Source: Pelomyxa schiedti (Eukaryota > Protista > Evosea). Taken from it: a stretch of DNA of 40,482 bases. Below the pieces are notes generated by a model. That model was not told where the DNA came from. It ran no database searches and saw only the letters and a list, made by a program, of their open reading frames with translations. The position numbers were made by a program, and so were the translations under genes. Positions within the stretch are counted from its first letter, which is position 1. Every line of letters begins with the position of its first letter. Positions 9,554 through 20,841 of this stretch are shown piece by piece. The stretch lies in NCBI GenBank assembly GCA_020536535.1, contig JAHLWZ010000770.1, positions 1 through 40,482 on the forward strand, written 5' to 3'.

Positions 9554-12254
9554 TTACGGTAAGGGCTTGGGAGGCTGAGGGTGTTGTGCCTGGGTTGTTG
9601 AAGATTCAGAAGCTTGTGTTGTTGTTTCCGTCGCCGGTGCCTTGGGTATGGTTGCGGTTGGTTTTGCTGTTGAACTTGGTGCCGGCATGGGCAGTATTGC
9701 TGAACTTGGTGCCTTTACTGGTGTATCTGTTGGTGGCTTGGATGTTGCTGTTGCTGTTGTTGCCTGCTTGGGTGTTGTATTTGAAATTGATGCCTTGGAT
9801 ATTGTCTGCGCTTTTGTTGATATCTGTGTTGGTGGCGTGGCTGTTGTCTGTGCCTTTGTTGGTGTCTGTGCCTTAGGAGGTACCGTTTGTGGCTGTGGCT
9901 TGGTCCTTGGTTGCTGTGGCACAGGGGGCGGCCCTGCTGCTGCTGCCGCTGCTTGGCTTGATGCCTGCTGCAGCACATTAATTAATTAATTACTATGGCT
10001 ACTAACACTTAGATCATTTGCTGGGTGGGCATACCGAAACGTTGCTGATAATTGTTTGGTTCGCTGTAATGCGAGCTGCTGTAAGTTTTGTATACAGGTG
10101 GAATAGGTCACATATCGAGCGGCGGTATGCCTCACTGAGACTCAGAGTGTCCAGCACCATTTCAGAAGGCAACTCCCCTGTGCCATTCACCACGTTCGAA
10201 ACCTCAGGCAGTGCTTCTATAAGAAATATGAATGGTTACCAATACTGGTGGAGCAACGGAAAAAGATTGTACCTGCCAACTTCAGATCATTTAACCCCAA
10301 GGCCTGAGACAGCATTTCTAAGTGGAAGGGTCACTAACACACAAGAAACAAAGAAACAAAAAGAAAAACACAGGGCAGGAAATACCTGTTAAATGTTTCG
10401 CAACTTGCCCTAGCTTGGCACATTGGATAAGAGGTGATGTTTGTGGGAGCTGTGCGGAAACGACCCCGATTTGATGATGATGAATCGGGCCTTGTTGTCC
10501 AGTCTCCTCCTCCTCGTCAAGTATAATTTCATTTGGATCTTTGTATGCTGCCGGACTTTCGGTGTTGTTTCCTCCTCCTACGTTTTTCCCCATTTGGCAT
10601 TAGTTTTGTGCACTGACGGAATGTGTTGGAGAAGTACCTTCATCCAGTATGATCATCTCACTGGGATCTTTGTATGCGGCCGGACTTTCGGCATTGTCTC
10701 CTCCTACTTCTCCGTCAGTGGCACAAAACTGATACAGATGTGGGGAAAAAGTACCCATTATTGGTGATCCAAAGTTTGATGAAACTGAGGCACCGCCAAG
10801 ACCTGCCTCCTCCTCACTTCCACTACCTGATGCTGAAGAATCCTCATCAGAAGATGATGAAGAGTTGCCGGAACATTCACCCGACGACTCGTTCTTGGTG
10901 GATGACTCAGATGATGGCTCAGACCGATTAAAAGGTGGAGGTACAGCGTCGGTTTCGGTGTTATTGTCAGTGTCAGTGTCAGTGTCAGTGTAGTTCGAGG
11001 TCGCGGGGGTGATCCGAGACTTTCTAACCGCGTCCCAGCTCCGTTCTAGTTGTGGCCAAATAAGGAAAGGTAAAGAATCTCTATGAAATGGTACTTATTG
11101 CGGATAAAATTCGTTTTGTATGAGGTTCCATAGGCGGTCGTGGTATGATTAGAGGTACAACTCTCCTCTTATGTAACTTCCTCAAGTTCGCTTGCGAAGG
11201 TGATTTTGCGGTGCTACTGCTTTTTGTTTGTGTGGACTTGGGGAGTCTGTCCATTATGGTAGTGGAAGAAGCTCCTTCCGTAATAATAGTACACAGGGGC
11301 AGTTGTAGTGCTGCCGTGTGGTGGCCATTGTCATCGGTAATCATAGGCGTGGAGGTTACATTGACATTACTTGCAGCAGAATTTGTTTCTCCGTCACCTC
11401 CACCTCCTCCTGCACCACTTGCAACAACACCCCCGCTTACACCACTTGCATCTCCAATTGTTCCAATTCCAGCTGCTGCAGAAGTAGTTCTGGAGGTGGT
11501 GACGACTGCAGGCTCACGTAATAACATGCTGCTCAAGTTCGACTGCAAAGGTGATGGCGATGATGAACTGCTTGTTGTACCAGTACTAGCACCGCCACCA
11601 CCACCACAAGTGAGGTCGCTTCTTTGCGTTGATTTGTCCAGCGGTAGCACTTTCGCGTTGTCATCACTCATTTCACTCATTGCTTGCTTGACGGGCTCCT
11701 CTTCTAGTACAATGGTTAGTGGAGGAGAAATGGAGAAACGAGAGGAGAAAAGAGTGAAAGGAAACCAGAAAAGAAAGGAAAAGAAATGGAGAAATGGTTA
11801 CTATTATTAATAAACAAATACCTGAGCCAATTCCAAATGAACTTGCTGTTTTTATCTTTCGTGTAGCGAGAGTGCTGTTTGATGCTGTGATACTGCCCGT
11901 TGTTTGTCCGAGCACAGCACCAACGCCATCCCCAATCCCACTCCCTCCTGTGGGTGATGCTATTTGTGGGATAACGGCGGACGTTGCAGTTGTAGACGAT
12001 GCAGTGACGTCATTTGTTAGTTTCGGCGATGAAGTGATTGTGTTGCTGTTGTCGGCTACTAGCTGCTGTGTTGTTGCGGTTGCTGTTGCGCGTTGGCGGC
12101 AACGCTTCGCCGAAACTTTTTCCGCGCCCTCGGGCGGGTTGTTTGCTTTCCGGGTGAGTGGCGTGATCATGGTGTAGACGTCAGGCAAGAGGTGCCTCTT
12201 AGAGCCACGCGGAAGAGACTGTCTGGTCGGTATTGTTGGGTATCGGTAGCTCAT
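9554..12254 (-). CDS. Hypothetical low-complexity S/T/P-rich protein, multi-exon
   Basis: ORFs 11673-12254, 11081-11680, ~10755-11050, 10318-10593 and 9554-9976 can be joined in frame through short GT-AG introns. Contains a duplicated ESPAAYKDP[SN]E.IILDE motif. Confidence 0.7.
10578..10754 (-). repeat. Pair of mutually inverted introns flanking a 66-nt duplicated exon
   Basis: Intron 10704-10754 is the near reverse complement of intron 10578-10637. Exon 10638-10703 repeats the start of the next exon. Confidence 0.9.
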
Positions 12255-12384
12255 GGCCTTCGACTTCGTGTTCTTTTTTTATTATCTAGATCAGATCTCG
12301 GGTCTATTTCCAGCATAAAAAACTGGAGATAGAACTAGAAAATAGAAAATGGAAAATGGAAAATGCAACTAAGAATTACTTCCA

Positions 12385-13922
12385 CTAGGGCTGTGTGTGT
12401 TGCTGCGCCATGTAGGTTGCACCAATCATGTTTATGTTGACTTTGACTTCCTGCTGCACGACGGGGATTCCATTCAACCAGGCCTTCTTTGGGTGATTCA
12501 TGAACTGCTCTTGCAGCTGGGTAGCATTTGATCGCACAAATGAGTGGTTGCTTACCTGATACAAAATGTTAGAGAGCAAATGTGATGATTTGGGTCGGAT
12601 ATTACGCAACTTGATTGTCTCCGGCCAGAATTACACCCTTGGTTTGCACTCCAATGCAGGTATTCTGTGCCACTCTCAGCAAGTATTTATAATGGATCCA
12701 CAGTGCTTCACGTGCATAAGGGCATGGTGACTCAGCCGATCCTCTCTCGGCGACTGTCGTGCGTTTAGTTGAAATGGTAGCAGCAAACGAAGAAGAACTG
12801 AACACCTTTGGCTGCTGTGAGTTTTGGCTCAACATCTGCTGCTCTGTGTGATGCAACAACCCATTCATAGGCCCACTCCAAACCACGTCCGCTGCAAATA
12901 TCTTCAAATTCCACACCATGCCTTCCTTCATACCTGTAAGCTGGTGAGGACATGAACAACATCAGGACATGGATACTTACAATTTGGTTGAGAGGAAATT
13001 GGCCAACGAGGTATCAGCAGCATATTCAGGGTGTGCAGGTCCAAAGCTGGTGAGGAGGGTGTGTCCAATTTCAGCTGGCACGACTTTGAATTCATTACCA
13101 ATGCGCAGTAAAAGCCCAACGCCGAGGCCAGTACCCATTGCCAGAACAAGGTCTATGAAACAGATAAATTAATCTAAGAAGCCCAGGAGTTACATACAGT
13201 GGAAAGGCTGCATAGCTACTAAATTTGGTCCCCTTGGCATCAAAAAGTGAGGGAAGAAAGTATTCAGCAAAGGTGGTTACCACAAAGGAGCGAAGAATTT
13301 CCCCAGTGTTCCAGCAGCATCCAGACCAAGAATTCCGTAGCAGCAGGCTTCGAGGTCATTCAGAAGGAGAGTTTTGCCTGATGGGAACATTTTGGGATTC
13401 ATGGTATCAACGTTGAGGGTGCGGTCTGCTTTATCTGGCCAGTTTGTGATTTCAACCTAATAAAAACCAAGTGTTAACAGTGTCTTTGAAAACTGGTTCA
13501 TCAACCCACTCCCATAATTCATTCATCCCACAAGTAGACACGAACCTCTTTTCTGTTGGCAGAAATAGGGCCGGCCGCGTCGATGCATGAAGACAAAGGG
13601 CTCACGCCACCAACCAAGGGCAAAAGTGCCGATGAGAGTGTCTCCAACTGAGCCATCAAAGTGCTCACCCGGTCGGCCTGAATCTGACTCACAAACACAA
13701 CCTCAGGGTCCCCCACGCGTTGCAGGGCCACTCGAGTGTTCGTGGCCCCGATATCTACTCCAAGCACATATCGCAAGTTCTGGATTGTGGGTGTTCAATT
13801 AGAACAACTGTACGACGGTAAAGGTCGGAAAAAAAAAAATAAAACAGAATGGCCGTTACCACGCCAGTAGCCTTTGCGGTGCCGCACCACGTTGCGAGTT
13901 TTTCAACGACAGTGGCCTCCAT
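12385..13922 (-). CDS. Glucokinase, bacterial Glk-type (as in trichomonads and trypanosomatids), spliced
   Basis: VLGVDIGATNTRV, IDAAGPI, EITNW, LLNDLEACCYG, GTGLGVGL, EFEDICSGRGL, ILAGDNQ and NHPK..WL. Confidence 0.88.
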
Positions 13923-14135
13923 CTTCCTTGGTTTTTTTTTTTTTGCTGAAAGAAAACGCCTTTTCAACCAGTATTCCTGGGCTCTTGCTACTCTGAAGAA
14001 CTCAACAACGTTTACTGTTCCATCACCCAGTTGCGCAATGCAGCTCCGTGTGGCAACCCACTGAAAAGCCCCTCCATTGATGAGATGTGGCAGTGGGCGA
14101 TAATGAATCTTTTTTTCTTCTTTCAGCTGGCAAAA

Positions 14136-15719
14136 ATGCAGGAGAAGCCGAAGTCGGGAGACCCAGGAGAGCCCGTGTTGCCTCAAATACGACGGGGGGC
14201 TACGACGTGTGATGGTGGAGTCACATCAGGGACTACGAGGGCAACTGAGCCAACAATAAAGAAGAGGAGGTCCGTCGTTGTTACCGCAGCTGAAGGTGGC
14301 GGCGGTGATGTCACCACAACATCAGCAGAGCCCCCGTCCCCTGCATCCACGTCGGTATCGTCGCCGTCGCCGTCGCCATCGCCATCGCCGATGCCGGAAG
14401 GAGCAAGTACATCGGGATACTGTGTCGCAACAACAACGGCCGCGACGGCAGTTGCTGCTGATGGAACGACGATTGAAGGCGAACGCAAAACCACTGCTGC
14501 TGCGGTTCCTAAGAAATTTAAACCTGCACGCCCACCAATGTTGGCAGTACGACCTTTTACCTTTTTTTTTTTTTTTTTTTTTTTGGTTTGCTTTGCTTTG
14601 CTTTGGTTTGTTTCTGATTACCCTCCTCATTCTGGAACCTAATTGCCATTTGGTAAACATTGCAGAAGCACACGCAGCTGTTTTACAACACCAATGAGAA
14701 TCCAAGGGGCCTTATTATAACACACCAAGTAAGTCGAGGTGCTCAAGCCGTGAGTGAGTGCTCCCAAATGTTGACCCATGTTTTGGCAAAAATGCAATCC
14801 CAAAGTACTACATGCGCAGAACCTACCATAAATTCCACTTATGCTTCTCTCTCAACACCGATTTCTGCTTCCTCTGCAACTCCAGCTGTCACTTCCTTAC
14901 TGCAGACATCAACATCTGAAGCCTCAAATACAACCACACCTGCACCCACTACCACTACTACAACTTCCAGTAGTGCTCCACCACCTCCAACTGCGGCAAA
15001 TGCAACTGTTGATTCATCACTTGACTCAACAACACACTGCCGCAAGTTTCAGGCAATCCTTTTTATTCCTACTCCATTTCCTCACTGTTCAAGGGCTTTA
15101 GTTCTGCCACAGTGGAGTTGAAGGAAAACTCGGAATTCGAATTCTTGACAAAGCAGTAGACCCTGTTGTTCTTCTGCATGCCTTGTTTGAGGATATAGCC
15201 ACAAACCCCAAAGAGTATAAAATGTATGAATCATCACCAGCACTCTCAATCAAACCGTTCACCATCAAGACAGAAAGGTTTGCTGCAGGATGTATCCTGC
15301 ACAATCCTTTGTGGCTGCCACAAAAACAACTATTCTCGAAGCTGCTGGCAAACTCATAGCAAATCATTTCACGGAGACCCCAGAAACGGTTTTTTTCCCT
15401 TTTGTTTGTGTTTTCTTTCACTGAAACTTCCCAGTTTGGCATTCTCTATGACTGCCGAAACAACGAATCGTTTGAAAGAAAAGACATGATCGACAGCATT
15501 GCCAAATTGGTACCGCCAATACACAAAGTTGAGCTGTCCAATCCATCCTCCACTATCCTTGTAACGGTATGTAGCACAAATTCAGTCAACCATTGTAAAA
15601 CACAACTTCAGGTGTCAAAATCAGCATGTGGAATAGGTATTGTGAGAGATTTCAAGCAATGGTGCAAATACAATGTACAGGAGATTGCCAAAACGCACCC
15701 ACCAACCAAAAAGCCCTAA
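14136..15719 (+). CDS. THUMPD1: THUMP-domain protein, copy 2
   Basis: Same exon structure and motifs as 1401-2962, with an extra S/T-rich insertion near 14822-14900. Confidence 0.85.
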
Positions 15720-15875
15720 AAGCAAAACCAAACACCTCACACTTTGAGGAAAAGAAGGAATTGAAAATCAACTCTTATTTTTTTCTTTTCTGCTCCACAA
15801 TGGAAGCCAAAGAGTGAGCCTATACAATGGCACAAACCAATGTGGCTGGGAGACATGTGGGTCCATCCCACTCAT

Positions 15876-17846
15876 TCATGAATCCCCTGAAGGCCTTTTA
15901 CTGCGAATTTGGCCGAGCATGGCATCCACAGCAGGGCGCCTTTCAAAACACCTCTGTAGCGCCTCCCTGTCCGATGCAATCTGCTGCAGATAGCCCGTGA
16001 TTAGTCCCACAAGTGCTTCCGAGAGTTCGCCATCACTCGCCGTTTGTGCACCGGTTCCAGTTGTCGTGGTTGTTGTTGCTACTGTTGTGGTTGTTGGTGG
16101 TTCTGATGATGCCGAGGATGAGGCCGGTGCAACAGGAAGAGCCTTTTTCAGTAGAGGGGCGACTGACTTTGGCAGTCCGGTGTTGGATGTGAGAGACGGA
16201 GGGATGAGGGTGACGCCGGATGAAGCCAAAAGCTGCGAGAAGGGAGTGCTCATTTCCCGGCCGACATGAAGGTCCATGTCAAGCAGGCTTTTGTAGCCCT
16301 TGTCCCATATACAAGGAGGGCCAGGCCCCGGTGCAAGCCGGTGATACACTGATTGGTATCCATGTTCTAGGAGCATTAGTGCCCTTTTCAGTAATAGGCA
16401 CTTATCTCGGCCGGATGAAACATCTCCTTGGAGCTGAATATCTGTACCACAAAGGTAAGATTGCAAATGTTGATTTCAAGGAGGGTGGTACCTGTTGGAT
16501 TCCGCCCAAGCAAAGAGAGGGAGTGAAGTTGTGAACCCCACATCTCAATTAACTTGGAGAATACAAGTTTTGCTCTCCACTCTTTCGGGATGCCATTGAG
16601 TCCATAGTAGGCACCTGCGAGCTGTCCATACACCGCAGCTACTGTGTCAGCATCATCTCCAAGGTTTGACACAAGGAGGCAGCCCTCTCTGAATGAATTG
16701 GTTTTATAGAATCCCCAAAGTGCTGCCTCTAGGGTTAAGTGTGCTTTCCCCCGGGCAACAATCTCGGGAGGTTCCTTGACCTTAAAGTCTAGTTACTAAA
16801 TTGCCCAAAAGGGAGCTTAAACAGACTTGCCTTATATGATCCAGTGGCAATGGAAGCAATCAATGGGTCTAGAGGTTTTTCGGACCAATAGTTTGGCGAA
16901 ACACCATCAGGAACAAAGATGTGCGTTGTATCAAGAAGTTGTTCCTTTGTGGCCCCATTTATTGCCCCGACAATTAGAGCTGCTAGGTACCTACAAGCAT
17001 CCACGCACGCAATGTTACCATGGGTAGCAGTGGATGAAGACCCAGCTAATTTCGAGATTATTTCATTTGAGTGATTTGCCAAGTAGTGATTACCGTGTGC
17101 TATAGCAAGTTGCGGATTGAACGAAAATGCAATAGGTACGGGTGCAAGTCTCATTATAGAGCCATTTCCCTGTCCCTTATGCTCAGGGGAGGCAAGTTCC
17201 CCAGTAGCTTGAAATCTTTTTCATATAAATCCGGCACATTTTAGTGTGGTAATTTCACAAGGAAGAAGTACTTTTGTATGGAAGTGAGACAAGTCGAACC
17301 TATTGATGGTCACAAGGGATAAAATGACAGTACATTGGACCCACCAATATCAAAACGCCTTCCATTGCTGCTGAGATGAGAATGATCGTTCCACTCACAA
17401 TACCTAATCCGTATGATTAATATAATCAATGCTACTTGCTATGGGAACTGTACCTTCTGCATTGGTCAGTAATATCACAAGTACCATTGAGCTCAATAAT
17501 GCTCTCTGCCAGGCACAATGCCATGGAAGTATCATCTGTAAACTTTTCTCCAATAAGAACTTCCATTCACCAGGCACCTTTTTTGTCCCACAACAAAAAA
17601 AACCACTGAGGAACAACAAACCTGACCAGGCAGTAACTTGAAGCAACCACCACCAACAATGTCAACCAGGGGTGAAAATGATCCAGGGTGTTGAAATTCA
17701 TTTGTAGTCCCAAGTGCATCACCAACTGCCAAACCAACAAGGGCTCCAACACCCCTTTCGCGATTGCTAGTCGTGACGTCAGCAGAGGCAACTGCGGAAC
17801 TCGTCGTTGTGCCGTTGCTGGCAGAAACGGCCGTTGTTGCCGACAT
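15876..17846 (-). CDS. ADP-ribosylglycohydrolase (DraG/ARH family) with a ~190-aa C-terminal extension
   Basis: [43 protein letters not shown] and [24 protein letters not shown]. Confidence 0.93.
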
Positions 17847-18008
17847 GTTGGTTTGTTTTTCACCAAAAAAATCTTTCTTTTGGTTTTTGAAGGAACCTTC
17901 TCGGGCTGTTTGAAGAGGCACCGGATAGAGGATGAGCAAATAATGATTTTGTGGGTGCTTGGATGGGAATGGTGTTCCTTTTAATTTGTTTGTTACGAAG
18001 GGAGTGAC

Positions 18009-20338
18009 ATGTTTTCAGTGGTGTTTTTGCTGGTTTTGGGCTGTGTTGTTCGTGGTTTGGCTCAAGATGTGTGCAGGTGGGTCAATAGAAACTCCCTTAC
18101 AGTTGTACTTTTGGGTGACTTACCAGTAACCATAAGTGTGGAGGAATTGTGCAATGCAAGCTCGGAATTAATGCCTATGGGAACTGCTGATAGGGCAACA
18201 AATAGTCCATACCCTGTTTCGAAGCTTCCCACTGTTGTCTGGGTTCTGAGTCTGTGGGTGTGCGAAGTTAGTTCATAGAGATAAAATGGGAACCTTACTG
18301 CATACAAGCCGCTCAATGAAGACGAAGTGATTCTGGCCATGAGCTTAAGTGGTGTTGTGGCAAAGCAAAAAAGTACTGGTGATTTCATTTATCTGCGCGG
18401 AAATCCCGAGTCATTCTCAATATGGTAGAAAGTATTGTCATCTGGTCGGTTGCTTATCTTGTGCTAGGCGAGACTTGCTAAAAAGTAGGCCTGATCTCAC
18501 TGTAAGAGAAGACTATGACACGAATCTGGAGGGTCTTCTGCGAGCATTCTCTTGGGCTGTGAGCGGATATACATTCTGCAATTCTTCAGAAGGGCCAGGA
18601 GTTCAAAATGCTGTGAGGTCAGTAATGCACTTGTAACTTTCGACCGTCAAGTTTTGAGCCATTACAGCATAGCCGGCCTTACAAGCACAGTGGTAGCCAC
18701 ACCAGTAACTCTGAGTCTCGTAAGGAAAATCGGTTTGAAATCTTACCTTATTAATATGAAGTAACTCAGAATTAGGGCTTTCTGCAAAGTACAATGCTGA
18801 TTCTGGGACACCCTCCCAATTATACAATCATTTCCGACAGCAGTGGTCAAATAGTATTTTGTGTCATCAGAACAGCCAATTGTTTCTTGCTGACTATGCT
18901 GTCTTCACTGGTGTATGTTACATATCAGGAAGTATGTTGTGAAGTAAAATCAAATGTGAACAGGCGTTCATGTTCTGGGACTCGCAGTTGGACACAGATT
19001 TGGCCCTTCAGGCGCTAGATCATCTTGTCAATCCTGGGGCTGTTCTCGGCTGGTAGATTCTCTGTTTGGAACCAGGGTGTTTCTTCATACTAAGTTTTAT
19101 ACCCAGGGGAGAAGATGAGTACGGCTTGGTTAGGCGGGCAACTCAACAGGGAGCTTACGTACACCCAGGTTAGAAAGCTGAAAGACTGAGAAGTACTAAC
19201 CAGATGAAAAGCGGATTACAGTGTGAACTTTCCCCTTTACTCGAATATGAACAGTTTGTTGCACACGGATACAACAAGACCATTGCAGCCATCTACTGTA
19301 GAAAATGCGCCACATCATACAGTGTGCTTTATGATGAGGTAATTGATGAATTGCTTCACAGTTTGTTACTTAAGGAATCAATCAGTGATGGCGATAACCT
19401 CCAATGGGCAATGAATGACATGTTCACCAGCGATTGGTAAATTGACTCCCACTTTATGACGATAACGGAACAATAAAACAGGTGGTGGGCCTCCAGTAGT
19501 CGAGGAGGGGTGCCACTAGGTTGGACAATGTCCCCCGCACTCTCTGAACTTGCGCCACTGATTTTGGATGAGTACAGGAATACAGCAACAGCAAATGATG
19601 AATTGATTGGGGCAGCTTCAGGGTAAATATTCCTTGACAGGAGAAAGAAGGGGCTCACTGAATGTACAGGTTGGGGTACATGTATCCGGACCTCTATCCA
19701 AATCTGAATCAGTTCGTCACTGTGAACAATCCGTTGATGGTATAAACATGCTTCCACCGAGCGTTTCATTAACGACAAGGCAACAGAGCAAGTCGGGATT
19801 CAATATAATGTCAGTAATCGGCGATAGCTTCAATCAGAGAACGTGCAATACTCTACTCACGAATTCTACAACAGCGGGCCTGATATGGTAATTAATTATA
19901 ATTCAGTGAAATTGTCCCTTACATATGAAACATGACAACACAGGTTGGATTATGCGAATTACGCGCGTCTTGAGGGAGCAGTGTACAGGTCATCAAACAA
20001 CAAGGTCATCACTGGTCCTCGCTATGTAATGTCGTACGCGAAGTCCCCCCCCCTCCCCAGCGCGCCCATAATTGGATTCGTTTCGCCACAACTCGCCGTG
20101 AAATGTAACCTCGCTCGGCAGGACTTCGATGGGGATCACGCCGTCGCAGCTGGCGTCGAGGATCAACCGGGCGTCGCGCGACGTGACGTCGGCGTCGGCC
20201 TACTCGATCGTGGTGGTGCACGTGTGGACCATGTCCGTGGACGACGTCGTCTCGGCTGCCTCGATGTTCGACCCCTCAGTGGTTGTGCGCAAGCCCTCGG
20301 ACTTCATCAGCGATTTGGCCTCAAACGTCAGATTCTGA
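18009..20338 (+). CDS. Secreted GxGYxYP-family putative glycoside hydrolase, spliced
   Basis: Signal peptide MFSVVFLLVLGCVVRGLA, then SDGDNLQW, RGGVPLGWTMSPAL.ELAP.IL, TATANDELI, spliced SGLGYMYP and YSIVVVHVW. Confidence 0.85.
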
Positions 20339-20383
20339 CGCGTTGTTGCCCGATTCCAGGAATGAAGGGAAACCAAAAACTTT

Positions 20384-20627
20384 TCGGAGTGTGAATGACC
20401 ATCGATCTCTCCGACTCACAAGCCGTGTCCTCATGGCTTACGTAGTGCAATTATGGGAACACCAGCCCAGTCCACTGAGAACATTTCCATTCCAAAGCCG
20501 TACCCAAAAAGGACTTGGCGCAAGGGTGTTCTCCTCCCACAATTAGCTCATTTCCACAGGCACCCTGTGATTCTAAGAGTTGCATGTAATTCCTCACTAA
20601 CTAACTAAAGAATTTCCAAATTTTTTG
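20384..20627 (+). ncRNA. Candidate structured RNA of unknown class
   Basis: Six mutually compatible helices with G-U pairs favouring the + strand, followed by AAUUUUUUG. No known family recognised. Confidence 0.4.
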
Positions 20628-20841
20628 TATTCTTGAAAACAAAAAGCCTGTTTGCAAAGCCCTTTTAGTGTGAACTGCTAGAAGTTAATGTATGCCTTTC
20701 AGAAGGGATAACTTGCTCGAACTGATTGTGGGAAAAAAATCATGAAATTGTACTTCTTTTTTTTTTTTTTACTTAAGGAATATGTGGAAATGTAAAATGG
20801 AATACATTGTACTCAGCCGAGTTTGCAGCTCCGAGTTTTGT

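Noticed and set aside
10331-10333. Apparent in-frame UGA suggesting readthrough or recoding
   Set aside because: It disappears if the downstream CACTTAG acceptor is used. The standard code explains all reconstructed genes.
13960-14105. Hairpins (CCCACTG/CAGTGGG) and TGATGA in the glucokinase/THUMP spacer
   Set aside because: Only one solid stem, no matching D box and no consistent strand signal.
20360-20392. SECIS-like AUGA..AAA..GA after the GxGYxYP TGA stop
   Set aside because: The stem is too short and too close to the stop, and no internal Sec codon is needed.
20506-20627. U11 snRNA (AAAAAGG start plus Sm-like site)
   Set aside because: Spacing and stem-loops do not fit, and the 5' part pairs better with upstream sequence.
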